Shown here piece by piece: positions 8,108 to 17,373 of a stretch of DNA of 64,000 bases. A model generated the notes under the pieces. It worked only from the letters and a program-made list of their open reading frames with translations, had not been told where the DNA came from and did not search any database. The first letter of the stretch is position 1; the number at the start of each line of letters is the position of its first letter. The stretch is taken from NCBI GenBank assembly GCA_020446425.1, contig JAGRES010000011.1, positions 9,484-73,483 of the forward strand, written 5' to 3'. Both the position numbers and the translations under genes were made by a program. The stretch comes from Sphingobium sp. (GTDB taxonomy: Bacteria > Pseudomonadota > Alphaproteobacteria > Sphingomonadales > Sphingomonadaceae).

Positions 8108-10108
8108 TTACTGGCAGGCGAGACACTCGTCATAATCGGTGGTTTCACCGATCTCGAACTTGGGCGCTTCGGCCGTATTGTCCGCCTCGACCCCGCCGGC
8201 GAAGCCTGCGCGCTGCACCGATTTCGAGCGCAGATAATAGAGCGACTTGATGCCCAGCTCCCACGCGCGGAAGTGCAGCATGAGCAGGTCCCATTTCTCG
8301 ACATCCGCCGGGATGAACAGGTTGAGCGACTGCGCCTGATCGATATAGGGCGTGCGGTCGGCGGCCAGTTCGAGCAGCCAGCGCTGGTCGATCTCGAAGC
8401 TGGTCTTGAACGCGTCCTTTTCTTCCTGCGTCAGGAAGTCGAGATGCTGGACGCTGCCGCCGCGCTCGAGGATCGAGTTCCACACATTCGCGCTGTCCTT
8501 GGATTTCTCCTTGAGCAGCTTCTCCAGATAGGGGTTCTTGACCACGAAGCTGCCCGAAAGCGTCTTGTGCGTATAGATATTCGCCGGGATCGGCTCGATA
8601 CAGGCCGAGGTGCCGCCGCAGATGATGCTGATTGACGCGGTCGGCGCGATCGCCATCTTGCAGGAGAAACGCTCCATCACGCCCATGTCCTCGGCGTCGG
8701 GGCAGGGGCCGCGCTCTGTAGCGAGCATCATCGACGCCTCGTTCACCTTGGCGTTGATATGCTTGAAGATCTTGAGGTTCCAGCTCTTGGCCATCGCGCT
8801 CTCGAACGAGATGCCGCGCGCCTGCAGGAAGCTGTGGAAACCCATGACGCCCAGACCCACCGAGCGTTCGCGGCTGGCGCTGTATTTGGCGCGGGCCATT
8901 TCGTCGGGTGCGCGGTCGATATAGTCCTGCAGCACATTGTCGAGGAAGCGCATCACGTCTTCGACGAAGGTCTTGTCGCCGTTCCACTCGTCCCAGGTTT
9001 CGAGGTTGAGCGAGCTGAGGCAGCACACCGCCGTGCGATCGTTGCCCAGATGGTCGCGACCCGTAGGCAGGGTGATTTCCGAGCACAGGTTCGATGTCGA
9101 GACCTTGAGGCCGAGATCGCGGTGATGTTTGGGCATCATCCGGTTCACCTGATCGGAGAAAACGATATAGGGCTCGCCGGTGGCGAGGCGGGTCTCGACC
9201 AGCTTCTGGAACAGGGCGCGCGCATCCACCTTGCTGCGCACGCTGCCGTCCTTGGGTGATTTCAGCTCGAACTCGGCGCCATCACGCACCGCTTCCATGA
9301 ACTCGTCGGTCAGCAGCACGCCATGATGCAGGTTGAGCGCCTTGCGGTTGAAGTCGCCGCTGGGCTTGCGGATTTCGAGGAACTCTTCGATCTCCGGGTG
9401 GCTGATGTCGATATAGCAGGCGGCCGAACCGCGGCGCAGGCTGCCCTGGCTGATCGCGAGGGTGAGGCTATCCATCACGCGCACGAACGGGATGATGCCG
9501 CTGGTCTTGCCGTTGAGGCCGACCGGCTCGCCGATGCCGCGCACGCTGCCCCAATAGGTGCCGATGCCGCCGCCGCGCGAAGCGAGCCAGACATTCTCGT
9601 TCCAGGTGTTGACGATGCCCTCCAGGCTGTCGTCGACGCTGTTGAGATAGCAGGAGATGGGAAGACCGCGTCCGGTGCCGCCGTTGGACAGGACGGGGGT
9701 GGCGGGCATGAACCACAGGTTGCTGATATAGTCGTAGATGCGCTGGGCATGCTCGGCGTCGTCGGCATAGGCCGCCGCGACGCGTGCGAACAGATCCTGA
9801 TAGGATTCGCCGGGCAGCAGGTAGCGGTCGCGCAGGGTTTCCTTGCCGAACTCGGTCAGCCGGTCGTCGCGCGACGGATCGGTCGTCACGTCGAAGCGGC
9901 GCTCCGCGACAGTCTTGGAATCGACCTTGGGTGCGGGCGGTGCTTTCTTCGCGCCACCATCAGAAGCGGGTTCGGGGGTAGGAGCGGAGTCGGTCTGCAC
10001 GGGAGCCTGTACAGGCTTTTTCCGGCTTTCCTTCATCTCTGCTGGTCTCTCTTCGGTCATTACTGCCACGTCGCCTGCATCCACTTCCTGCATGTCCCTA
10101 AAATCCAT
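8108..10108 (-). CDS. nrdA: class I ribonucleoside-diphosphate reductase, alpha (R1) subunit, no ATP-cone
   Basis: STSNLCSEITLP (NxCxE active site), C-terminal ECLACQ shuttle cysteines and a PATPVLSNGGT loop. The N-terminal ~90 aa are low complexity, so the exact start is uncertain. Confidence 0.88.
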   Translation of the reverse strand: MDFRDMQEVDAGDVAVMTEERPAEMKESRKKPVQAPVQTDSAPTPEPASDGGAKKAPPAPKVDSKTVAERRFDVTTDPSRDDRLTEFGKETLRDRYLLPGESYQDLFARVAAAYADDAEHAQRIYDYISNLWFMPATPVLSNGGTGRGLPISCYLNSVDDSLEGIVNTWNENVWLASRGGGIGTYWGSVRGIGEPVGLNGKTSGIIPFVRVMDSLTLAISQGSLRRGSAACYIDISHPEIEEFLEIRKPSGDFNRKALNLHHGVLLTDEFMEAVRDGAEFELKSPKDGSVRSKVDARALFQKLVETRLATGEPYIVFSDQVNRMMPKHHRDLGLKVSTSNLCSEITLPTGRDHLGNDRTAVCCLSSLNLETWDEWNGDKTFVEDVMRFLDNVLQDYIDRAPDEMARAKYSASRERSVGLGVMGFHSFLQARGISFESAMAKSWNLKIFKHINAKVNEASMMLATERGPCPDAEDMGVMERFSCKMAIAPTASISIICGGTSACIEPIPANIYTHKTLSGSFVVKNPYLEKLLKEKSKDSANVWNSILERGGSVQHLDFLTQEEKDAFKTSFEIDQRWLLELAADRTPYIDQAQSLNLFIPADVEKWDLLMLHFRAWELGIKSLYYLRSKSVQRAGFAGGVEADNTAEAPKFEIGETTDYDECLACQ

Positions 10109-10276
10109 CGCATCGACCCCTGAATGTTCACTGTTCGTTCGATTCGGTCAAGGCAAATGGTGCGAAAGAACCACCATAGCCTTTTTCACTCAAAAAGGGG
10201 ACGGGTTTTTACCCCCTGAATCGCGGTCGAAAAGGGAAAAACATCCCTTTCGCCGGAAAACCCCGGCGTTCCGTAA

Positions 10277-10325
10277 CCACAACCTGTTGGGTGACCCCCC
10301 GTCTCCCTGACACAAGGGATAGTGC
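10277..10325 (-). promoter_or_regulatory. candidate tandem NrdR boxes upstream of nrdA
   Basis: On the minus strand, GCACTATCCCTTGTGT (10325-10310) and ACCCAACAGGTTGTGG (10292-10277) each match about 12/16 positions of the NrdR consensus acaCwAtATaTwgtgt. Their starts are 33 bp apart. Confidence 0.4.
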
Positions 10326-10591
10326 CACAGCGATTTCGGGATGCAAGAGGGTAAATGGTTAATTTGCACTTCGGTTCGTCGCTGCTGTGATTCATTTCGT
10401 CGACAGAAGTGCACGGTGCGACGCAGCGACGCGTGGACTTCCCTTGGTTGCAGAAATTGCAAGGGAACAGAGCAAGAATAAAAATAAATTTATGGGGATA
10501 AGACTTGCGGCCTTGTGCAGACCTAGACTCTGATGCGCAAAACCGACATAGGCAGGCGCAAATCTGACAGCATCATGCACGAGGACAGCCC

Positions 10592-12112
10592 ATGACCGTC
10601 ATCAAGGCCGCCGACCTGATCGAGAGCGTCGCCGACGCGCTTCAATATATTAGCTATTATCATCCGATGGATTATATCAAGGCGCTAGGCGAAGCCTATG
10701 AGGCGGAGCAGGGACCCGCCGCCAAGGATGCGATCGCGCAGATCCTGACCAACAGCCGCATGTGCGCCGAAGGGCACCGGCCGATCTGTCAGGATACCGG
10801 CATCGTCAACGTGTTCATTAAATGGGGTATGGACTGCCACCTCGACGATACGAGCAAGCCGTTGCAGGACATCGTCGATGAAGGCGTGCGCCGCGCTTAT
10901 ACGAACCCCGAGAATCGGTTGCGCGCATCGATCTTGCGCGACCCAGCGTTCACGCGCCAGAACACCAAGGACAATACGCCCTGCGTCCTCTCCGTCGAGA
11001 TGGTGCCGGGCAGCACAGTCAGCATCGACGTTGCGGCCAAGGGCGGCGGCAGCGAGAACAAGTCCAAGTTCAAGATGATGAACCCCAGCGACAATATCGT
11101 CGACTGGGTGCTGGAGATGATCCCGCAAATGGGCGCGGGCTGGTGCCCGCCCGGCATGCTGGGCATCGGCATTGGCGGGACGGCGGAAAAGGCGGTGGCG
11201 CTCGCCAAGGAAAGCCTGATGGAGCCGATCAACATGGGCCAGCTGAAGGCACGCGGGCCGCAGAACGACATCGAGAAGCTGCGCATCGAGATTTTCGACA
11301 AGGTCAATGCGCTGGGCGTTGGTGCGCAGGGTCTGGGCGGCCTCTCAACCATTCTCGACGTGAAGATCTATGATTATCCCTGCCATGCGGCGGGCAAGCC
11401 GGTGGCGATGATCCCCAATTGCGCGGCGACCCGCCATGCGCATTTCACGCTGGATGGCTCCGGCCCGAGCTATATCGACCCGCCGAGCCTGGATGAATGG
11501 CCGGACGTGCATTGGGAGCCGGATGCGAAAGCGATCAAGGTCGATCTCGACAATCTGACGCCGGAGATTGTGCAGGGCTGGAAACAGGGTGACCGCTTGC
11601 TGCTGAACGGCAAGATGCTGACCGGCCGCGACGCCGCGCACAAGCGCATTCAGGACATGCTGGCCAAGGGCGAGGAACTGCCCGTCAATTTCAAGGGCCG
11701 CGCCATCTATTATGTCGGCCCGGTCGATCCGGTCGCGGGCGAAGTGGTCGGCCCCGCAGGCCCGACGACGGCAACGCGCATGGACAAGTTCACCGAGATG
11801 ATGCTCGATCTCGGGCTGCTCACGATGATCGGTAAAGCCGAGCGCGGGCAGGGCGCAGTCGATGTCATCAAGAAGCACAAGGTGACCTATCTGATGGCGG
11901 TTGGCGGCGCGGCCTATCTGGTGGCGCGTGCGATCAAGGGCGCCAAGGTCGTCGGCTTCGAGGATCTCGGCATGGAAGCGATCTACGAGTTCGAGGTGAA
12001 GGACATGCCGGTCACTGTCGCCGTCGACAGCGAAGGCAATAATGTCCATTATCTCGCCCCGCTGGTATGGCGCGACAAGATCGCGAAGGAGCATCTGCTC
12101 GATAACGCATGA
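10592..12112 (+). CDS. fumA: class I (Fe-S dependent) fumarate hydratase
   Basis: 506 aa. MTVIKAADLIESVADALQYISYYHP...ICQDTGIVNVF... indicates fused TtdA-like and TtdB-like halves. Confidence 0.9.
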   Translation: MTVIKAADLIESVADALQYISYYHPMDYIKALGEAYEAEQGPAAKDAIAQILTNSRMCAEGHRPICQDTGIVNVFIKWGMDCHLDDTSKPLQDIVDEGVRRAYTNPENRLRASILRDPAFTRQNTKDNTPCVLSVEMVPGSTVSIDVAAKGGGSENKSKFKMMNPSDNIVDWVLEMIPQMGAGWCPPGMLGIGIGGTAEKAVALAKESLMEPINMGQLKARGPQNDIEKLRIEIFDKVNALGVGAQGLGGLSTILDVKIYDYPCHAAGKPVAMIPNCAATRHAHFTLDGSGPSYIDPPSLDEWPDVHWEPDAKAIKVDLDNLTPEIVQGWKQGDRLLLNGKMLTGRDAAHKRIQDMLAKGEELPVNFKGRAIYYVGPVDPVAGEVVGPAGPTTATRMDKFTEMMLDLGLLTMIGKAERGQGAVDVIKKHKVTYLMAVGGAAYLVARAIKGAKVVGFEDLGMEAIYEFEVKDMPVTVAVDSEGNNVHYLAPLVWRDKIAKEHLLDNA

Positions 12113-13410
12113 AGCAGCGCTGGACCAACCGCAGATTTCGCGCACTCGTCAGGCATAGCGGCCCGACGTCGCTGATCTTTCGCCGCCGTGTGGCGCTGAT
12201 CGGCGGGGCTGTGATTGTCGGGCTGGTGGCGCTGATCTTTGCCTGGGCGGCGGATGGAGCCGGCCACCTGTTCGAGAATATGGTTGCGCGCTATCCCTAT
12301 GCGCCGTTCGTCATCACGCCGCTGGGGTTTGCGCTCATCGTCTGGATCACGCGCCGCTTCGCCCCGCTGGCGGCTGGGTCGGGCATACCGCAGGTCATCG
12401 CCGCATCGCGCGGGACGAGCGCGGACCATAGGCGGCTTGTCGATATGCCCACCGCGCTGCTCAAGTCCGTGCTGACGACCGGCGCACTGCTGGTCGGGGC
12501 ATCGGTGGGGCGCGAAGGGCCGACGGTTCAGATCAGCGCGGCATTGCTTGGATGGACGCACCGCATATTGCAGGTGCCGATGCGCGTGACGGTGATGATC
12601 GCGGGTGGCGCAGCGGGCGTGGCCGCCGCCTTCAACACACCGCTGGCCGGGATCACCTTCGCCATTGAGGAACTGGCCGCCGCCTATGAACAGCGCATGG
12701 CGATGCTGGTCATCACCGCAGTCATCATATCGGGTATGGTGACGTTGGGGCTGGCGGGCAATTATGTCTATTTCGGCGGCGGCATAGAGGCGCGGCTCGG
12801 TGTTGGCTCCGCCATATCGGTGGCGTTGGTGGGAGGTGTGCTTGGCGGCCTTTCGGGTGGGTTGTTTGCGCGCTGGACGCTGGCGGCAGCACGCATCAAC
12901 AACCGCTTCACCTATGTGCGCAAGCGCTATCCCGTTGCATTTGCTGCCGTTTGCGGCCTGTTCGTCGCTCTGCTCGGTGTTGCGACCGGCCTGACATGGG
13001 GCACGGGCTATGAACCGGCGCGTGCGCTGATCGAGGGTGAAACGCTGCCTTACTGGTTTGCGCCCGCCAAATTCATTGCCACGCTGGCGACAACAGTTTC
13101 GGGAATACCTGGCGGCATCTTTGCGCCCTCGCTGGCGACCGGTGCGGGTTTCGGGGAGGCGCTGCGCTGGATATTTCCGGGCGAACCGGCCAGCGCCGTG
13201 GTGCTGATGGGTATGGCGGCCTATTTCACCGGGGTGGTGCGCGCGCCGCTCACCGCCGTCATCATCATCACAGAGACGACCGGCGCTCGTGGTTTCATGC
13301 TGCCGCTGCTGGGGGCTGCGCTGGTGGCGGACGCATCCGCACAGCTGCTCTGCAAGGAACGGCTCTATCATGGGCTGGCGAAGGGTTTCATGCCGGACGC
13401 CAAGGGATGA
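12109..13410 (+). CDS. ClC-family voltage-gated chloride channel/antiporter
   Basis: Selectivity-filter motifs GSGIPQ, GREGPTVQ and GIFAPSL. Polytopic. ATGA overlap with fumA. Confidence 0.88.
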   Translation: MKQRWTNRRFRALVRHSGPTSLIFRRRVALIGGAVIVGLVALIFAWAADGAGHLFENMVARYPYAPFVITPLGFALIVWITRRFAPLAAGSGIPQVIAASRGTSADHRRLVDMPTALLKSVLTTGALLVGASVGREGPTVQISAALLGWTHRILQVPMRVTVMIAGGAAGVAAAFNTPLAGITFAIEELAAAYEQRMAMLVITAVIISGMVTLGLAGNYVYFGGGIEARLGVGSAISVALVGGVLGGLSGGLFARWTLAAARINNRFTYVRKRYPVAFAAVCGLFVALLGVATGLTWGTGYEPARALIEGETLPYWFAPAKFIATLATTVSGIPGGIFAPSLATGAGFGEALRWIFPGEPASAVVLMGMAAYFTGVVRAPLTAVIIITETTGARGFMLPLLGAALVADASAQLLCKERLYHGLAKGFMPDAKG

Positions 13411-14579
13411 TGAGGTCGATGGTGAAATGGGTCGGCGGTTTGCTGCTATGGGCGGCTGTCGCCGTCATGCTCGTCGTTACGTTCGTTCCGGCGTTCCTGG
13501 ACCGCATCTATTATCGCGGGCCGCATAGCGACCATTTTGATGGCGCGCATTTTTCCAATCCCGATGGCGAGATTACATTCACGGTGCCGCCGGGGCAGCG
13601 GCGCGGCAACCTGTTTTATCGCTTCCTGTTCGGGCGCGACGACCGGCCGCCTTGGCCCGAGCATGTTACGGTACGTCAGAGCAGGCCCCCTGCGCATGTG
13701 GCGGAGGGCGAGATGCGCGCTACATGGGTCGGCCACGCAACTGTGCTGGTGCAGGCGGGCGGCCTCAACATTCTGACCGACCCGCAATGGTCGGACTATG
13801 CCAGCCCCTTTCCGGGCATCGGCCCAAAACGGGTGGCAGCACCCGGCATCGCGTTTGACGATCTGCCGAAGATCGACATCGTCGTCGTTAGTCACAATCA
13901 TTATGACCATATGGACCTGCCGACATTGAAGCGCCTATGGGAGCGTGACAAGCCGCTGATCGTCACCAGCCTGGGCAACGACAGGGTGATAGCGCAGGCC
14001 GGGGTTGAAGCACGCGCGCTGGATTGGGGCGGCGTTGCGGAAGCTGGCGGGGCAAAGGTGCACGTGATCCGCAACCATCACTGGTCGAGCCGCTGGGCCA
14101 AGGACCGCAATCGGGCGCTATGGTCCGCCTTCGTTATCGAGACAGAGGCAGGCAATATCTTCTTCGCTGGCGATACCGGCATGGGTGACGGCAAATGGCC
14201 GCTGGAGGCGCGGAGCTATGGCCCGGTGCGCCTCGCCATCATTCCGATCGGCGCTTTCCGCTTTTATCCCGGCCAGATGGAAACCGGATCGCATATCGGG
14301 CCACGCCAGGCGGTCGAGATGTTCAAGATGCTTGGCGCAGCGCAGGGCGTGCCGATCCATTGGGGGACCTTTCGCCTGTCGAGCGAGGCGCGTGACACGC
14401 CACCCAAGATGCAGCAGCTCTATATGCGGTGCAGCGGCCTTGACCCGGCTTCATTCCGGCCGCTCGATATCGGTGAGGCGATAGACGTTTCGTCGGCTGC
14501 CTCGCCAGGGCAGGCGGTCAGCGCGCAGGCGCGTGCGGATTGCAAACCGGGATCGGCGGCGCTCGATGCGCTGAAATAG
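13407..14579 (+). CDS. MBL-fold metallo-hydrolase (NAPE-PLD-like) with N-terminal TM anchor
   Basis: HNHYDHMD (HxHxDH) motif and N-terminal hydrophobic helix. ATGA overlap with the ClC gene. Confidence 0.8.
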   Translation: MMRSMVKWVGGLLLWAAVAVMLVVTFVPAFLDRIYYRGPHSDHFDGAHFSNPDGEITFTVPPGQRRGNLFYRFLFGRDDRPPWPEHVTVRQSRPPAHVAEGEMRATWVGHATVLVQAGGLNILTDPQWSDYASPFPGIGPKRVAAPGIAFDDLPKIDIVVVSHNHYDHMDLPTLKRLWERDKPLIVTSLGNDRVIAQAGVEARALDWGGVAEAGGAKVHVIRNHHWSSRWAKDRNRALWSAFVIETEAGNIFFAGDTGMGDGKWPLEARSYGPVRLAIIPIGAFRFYPGQMETGSHIGPRQAVEMFKMLGAAQGVPIHWGTFRLSSEARDTPPKMQQLYMRCSGLDPASFRPLDIGEAIDVSSAASPGQAVSAQARADCKPGSAALDALK

Positions 14580-15284
14580 TCAACGTATAGGGGGAATGAA
14601 TTTTTCCGGTAACGGGAACAGGGTACGGAAATGCTCCGCCTGTTTCCTGTCGCCGACAATGCTGAGCGTGCCTTGCGCATTGAGCTCTTCATAGGGGACT
14701 CCGCCATAGACATAGGCGCCAAGTGCCTCTGGATTTCCTTCGAAGATGAGATCCGCGCCTTCCGGGTCACCTTGTGAAACGGTGAAGCCCGAGTGGTTCA
14801 GATGACCACGATATTGATCTTCACCGAAGCGAAAGCCGAGCGATATGTCTAGGTCGCCGATGCGTGGTCGGTCGATCATTGTACGGAAAGAGAGCAGGAT
14901 CGAGACGCCGCTGATAGGAAGCGTCGGGTCATGCAGCGGCGAGCGCGTTGCCCAGCGGCCCAGCTCCTGCACAATGATTTCCGCTTCGTAGCCCCACTCG
15001 GTAAGTTCATATACCTGTACCGAGGCAGGCGGTGGCAGCTTGCGTTTGAACAGAACGCCGCGCGCTTCCAGCTCGGTCAGGCGCTGGGTCAGCACATTGG
15101 CGCTTAAACCGGGCAGGTCGGCGCGAAGATCGCTGAAACGTCGCGGTCCAAGCATTAACTCTCTGACGATGAACAAGGCCCAACGCTCACCTATTAGTTC
15201 AAGCCCGTGTGCCATACCGCAGGCATCGTAAAAGCGGCGTTTTTCCTTGGGTTTTGAAGAATTAGTTATTTTTTCTAACTCCAT
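14580..15284 (-). CDS. HxlR-family winged-helix transcriptional regulator with C-terminal extension
   Basis: CGMAHGLELIGERWALFIVRELMLGPRRFSDLRADLPGLSANVLTQRLTELEARGVL is the HxlR signature. 234 aa. Confidence 0.85.
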   Translation of the reverse strand: MELEKITNSSKPKEKRRFYDACGMAHGLELIGERWALFIVRELMLGPRRFSDLRADLPGLSANVLTQRLTELEARGVLFKRKLPPPASVQVYELTEWGYEAEIIVQELGRWATRSPLHDPTLPISGVSILLSFRTMIDRPRIGDLDISLGFRFGEDQYRGHLNHSGFTVSQGDPEGADLIFEGNPEALGAYVYGGVPYEELNAQGTLSIVGDRKQAEHFRTLFPLPEKFIPPIR

Positions 15285-15349
15285 AGTTGTTTTTGATAAT
15301 CTTCATGCCATGATCTGTCAATGTCGAGTCGAACCGGAAGGAGTGGACC

Positions 15350-16093
15350 ATGTCTTATATCGATGGCTTCGTGATCGCGGTGCCTGTCGCGAACAAACAG
15401 GCTTTTATCGACCATGCCAAGCATTTCGATCAGTTGCTGCTCGAGGAAGGCGCTATCCGCGTCGTTGAAGGCTGGGGTGACGATGTCCCTGATGGCAAGG
15501 TTACGGATTTCCGGCGCGCTGTACAGGCGACAGCGGAGGAGACAGTTGCCTTTTCCTGGATCGAATGGCCGGACAAGGCGACGCGCGATGCGGCATTCGC
15601 CCGGATAGAGGACATGATGAAAACGGATGAGCGCTTCGATACTGAAAAGCACCCGATGCCGTTTGACGGCAAGCGGATGATCTTTGGCGGCTTTACGTCC
15701 ATAGTCGACCTCGGCATCCCGGCAAGTGACGGCTATATGCAGGGTTTCGTCATTCCGGTCCCGGAGGATAAGCACGACGCCTATCGCAAGCTGGAAGAGG
15801 ACTGCTGGCCTTATTTCCAGAAGCTCGGGGCGGCGAGAGTGGTAGCGGCTTGGCAGGACGATGTGCCCGAGGGCAAGCAGACTGATTTTTTCCGGGCAGT
15901 GAATGCGCAGCCGGGCGAGAAGGTCGTCTTCGCGTTCATGGAGTGGCCCTCCCGCGACATATGCGACGAGGCGGCGAAGGCGATGATGTCGGGCGACGCC
16001 ATGCCCATGCCTGAGGACATGCCGTTTGATGGCAAACGTATGATCTACGGTGGCTTCGCGCCGGTCGTTACTCTGGAGAAGCAAGATGCCTAA
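15350..16093 (+). CDS. tandem-duplicated DUF1428 protein
   Basis: There are two internal repeats. The first is SYIDGFVIAVP...DFRRAV...FSWIEWP...PFDGKRMIFGGF and the second is GYMQGFVIPVP...DFFRAV...FAFMEWP...PFDGKRMIYGGF. Confidence 0.8.
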   Translation: MSYIDGFVIAVPVANKQAFIDHAKHFDQLLLEEGAIRVVEGWGDDVPDGKVTDFRRAVQATAEETVAFSWIEWPDKATRDAAFARIEDMMKTDERFDTEKHPMPFDGKRMIFGGFTSIVDLGIPASDGYMQGFVIPVPEDKHDAYRKLEEDCWPYFQKLGAARVVAAWQDDVPEGKQTDFFRAVNAQPGEKVVFAFMEWPSRDICDEAAKAMMSGDAMPMPEDMPFDGKRMIYGGFAPVVTLEKQDA

Positions 16094-16862
16094 CAAGCAT
16101 GGCGATTTCATCTGGTATGAGCTGCTGACCAGCGATGCTGATGCCGCTCAGGCCTTTTATGGCAAGGTGCTGGATTGGGAGGTTGCTCCGAGCGGCACTC
16201 CGGGCGTGGACTATCGCATCATCAATGCGGGAGAGCATGGGGTGGGCGGCATGATGGCGATCACCCAGGAGATGGCGGATAACGGCGCCCGGCCGACATG
16301 GCTTGGCTATATTACCGTCGATAATGTCGATACATGCGTCGAGAGCGTAGAACATGGCGGCGGCAAGACGATGATGCCGGCGATGGATATTCCGGAAGTC
16401 GGCCGCATCGCCATGGTCGCGGATGCTCAGGGCGCTCCCTTTTATGTGATGAAGCCCAGTGGCGAGGGTGAGAGCCTTGCGTTCGCTTATGACAAACCGC
16501 GCATCGGCCATTGCGCCTGGAACGAACTTGTTACCTCGGATCAGGCTGAGGCATGGCATTTTTATGGCGTGCGCTTCGGATGGACCAAGGATGGAGAGAT
16601 GCCGATGGGGCCGATGGGCACCTATGATTTCATCCGGCATGGTGGTGTGATCGGCGCGATCATGACAGCTACGCCTGAGATGGGCCCCCCACACTGGAAT
16701 TTTTACCACCGTGTGGCCGATATCGACGCTGCAAAATCGGCGATAGAAGAGAATGGCGGCAGCGTCGCCAACGGACCGATGGAGATCCCCGGCGGTGAAT
16801 ATGCCATGCATGCGCTTGATCCGCAGGGGGCATATTTCGGCCTGGTCGGTCCTCGCAAATAG
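16086..16862 (+). CDS. VOC (glyoxalase/bleomycin-resistance fold) family protein, two-domain
   Basis: MPNKHGDFIWYELLTSDADAAQAFYGKVLDWEV, and a second repeat with HCAWNELVTSDQAEAWHFYGVRFGW. Start at ATG 16086, overlapping the upstream gene by 8 nt. Confidence 0.8.
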   Translation: MPNKHGDFIWYELLTSDADAAQAFYGKVLDWEVAPSGTPGVDYRIINAGEHGVGGMMAITQEMADNGARPTWLGYITVDNVDTCVESVEHGGGKTMMPAMDIPEVGRIAMVADAQGAPFYVMKPSGEGESLAFAYDKPRIGHCAWNELVTSDQAEAWHFYGVRFGWTKDGEMPMGPMGTYDFIRHGGVIGAIMTATPEMGPPHWNFYHRVADIDAAKSAIEENGGSVANGPMEIPGGEYAMHALDPQGAYFGLVGPRK

Positions 16863-16875
16863 AAAAGGACAGCTG

Positions 16876-17373
16876 ATGAGCATTGCCAAGAACACCATCT
16901 GTCTCTGGTATGATAATGATGCTGAGGGCGCTGCGAAATTTTATGCGGAAACCTTTCCCGATAGCGCGGTGGGCCAGGTCAACCGCGCGCCCGGCGATTA
17001 TCCCTCGGGCCAGGAGGGAGATGTGCTGACGGTGGAATTCATCGTAGCGGGCATTCCGTGCATTGGCCTGAACGGTGGGTCGGCCTTCACGCATAATGAA
17101 GCCTTCTCTTTCCAGATCGCGACGGAGGATCAGGAAGAGACGGACCAGCTGTGGAACGCCATCGTCTCCAATGGTGGCGAGGAAAGCGCCTGCGGCTGGT
17201 GCAAGGATCGCTGGGGCATTTCATGGCAAATCACGCCAAAGGTGCTCACCGAAGCGATGGCCAATCCCGACAGAGCGGTGGCTAAGCGCGCGTTCGAGGC
17301 GATGATGACGATGCGCAAGATTGATGTTGCAGCGATCAAGGCCGCGGTTGCGGGTGTGCCTGCCGATGCTTGA
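16876..17373 (+). CDS. VOC family protein (PhnB-like / 3-demethylubiquinone methyltransferase-like domain)
   Basis: MSIAKNTICLWYDNDAEGAAKFYAETFPDS...CGWCKDRWGISWQITP is typical of this family. AAAGGA SD before ATG 16876. Confidence 0.75.
   Translation: MSIAKNTICLWYDNDAEGAAKFYAETFPDSAVGQVNRAPGDYPSGQEGDVLTVEFIVAGIPCIGLNGGSAFTHNEAFSFQIATEDQEETDQLWNAIVSNGGEESACGWCKDRWGISWQITPKVLTEAMANPDRAVAKRAFEAMMTMRKIDVAAIKAAVAGVPADA

Noticed and set aside
10109-10591. Possible cobalamin riboswitch in the nrdA leader. AAGGGAAGTCC, GTGGCACT and GTCAGGGAGAC faintly resemble the B12 element and the B12 box.
   Set aside because: The conserved GGTG...CCG core and the GCCACTG/B12-box register are not reproduced, the pieces sit at the wrong spacing, and the box-like segment overlaps the NrdR-box candidates. 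A covariance-model scan (RF00174) would settle it. I expect no hit.
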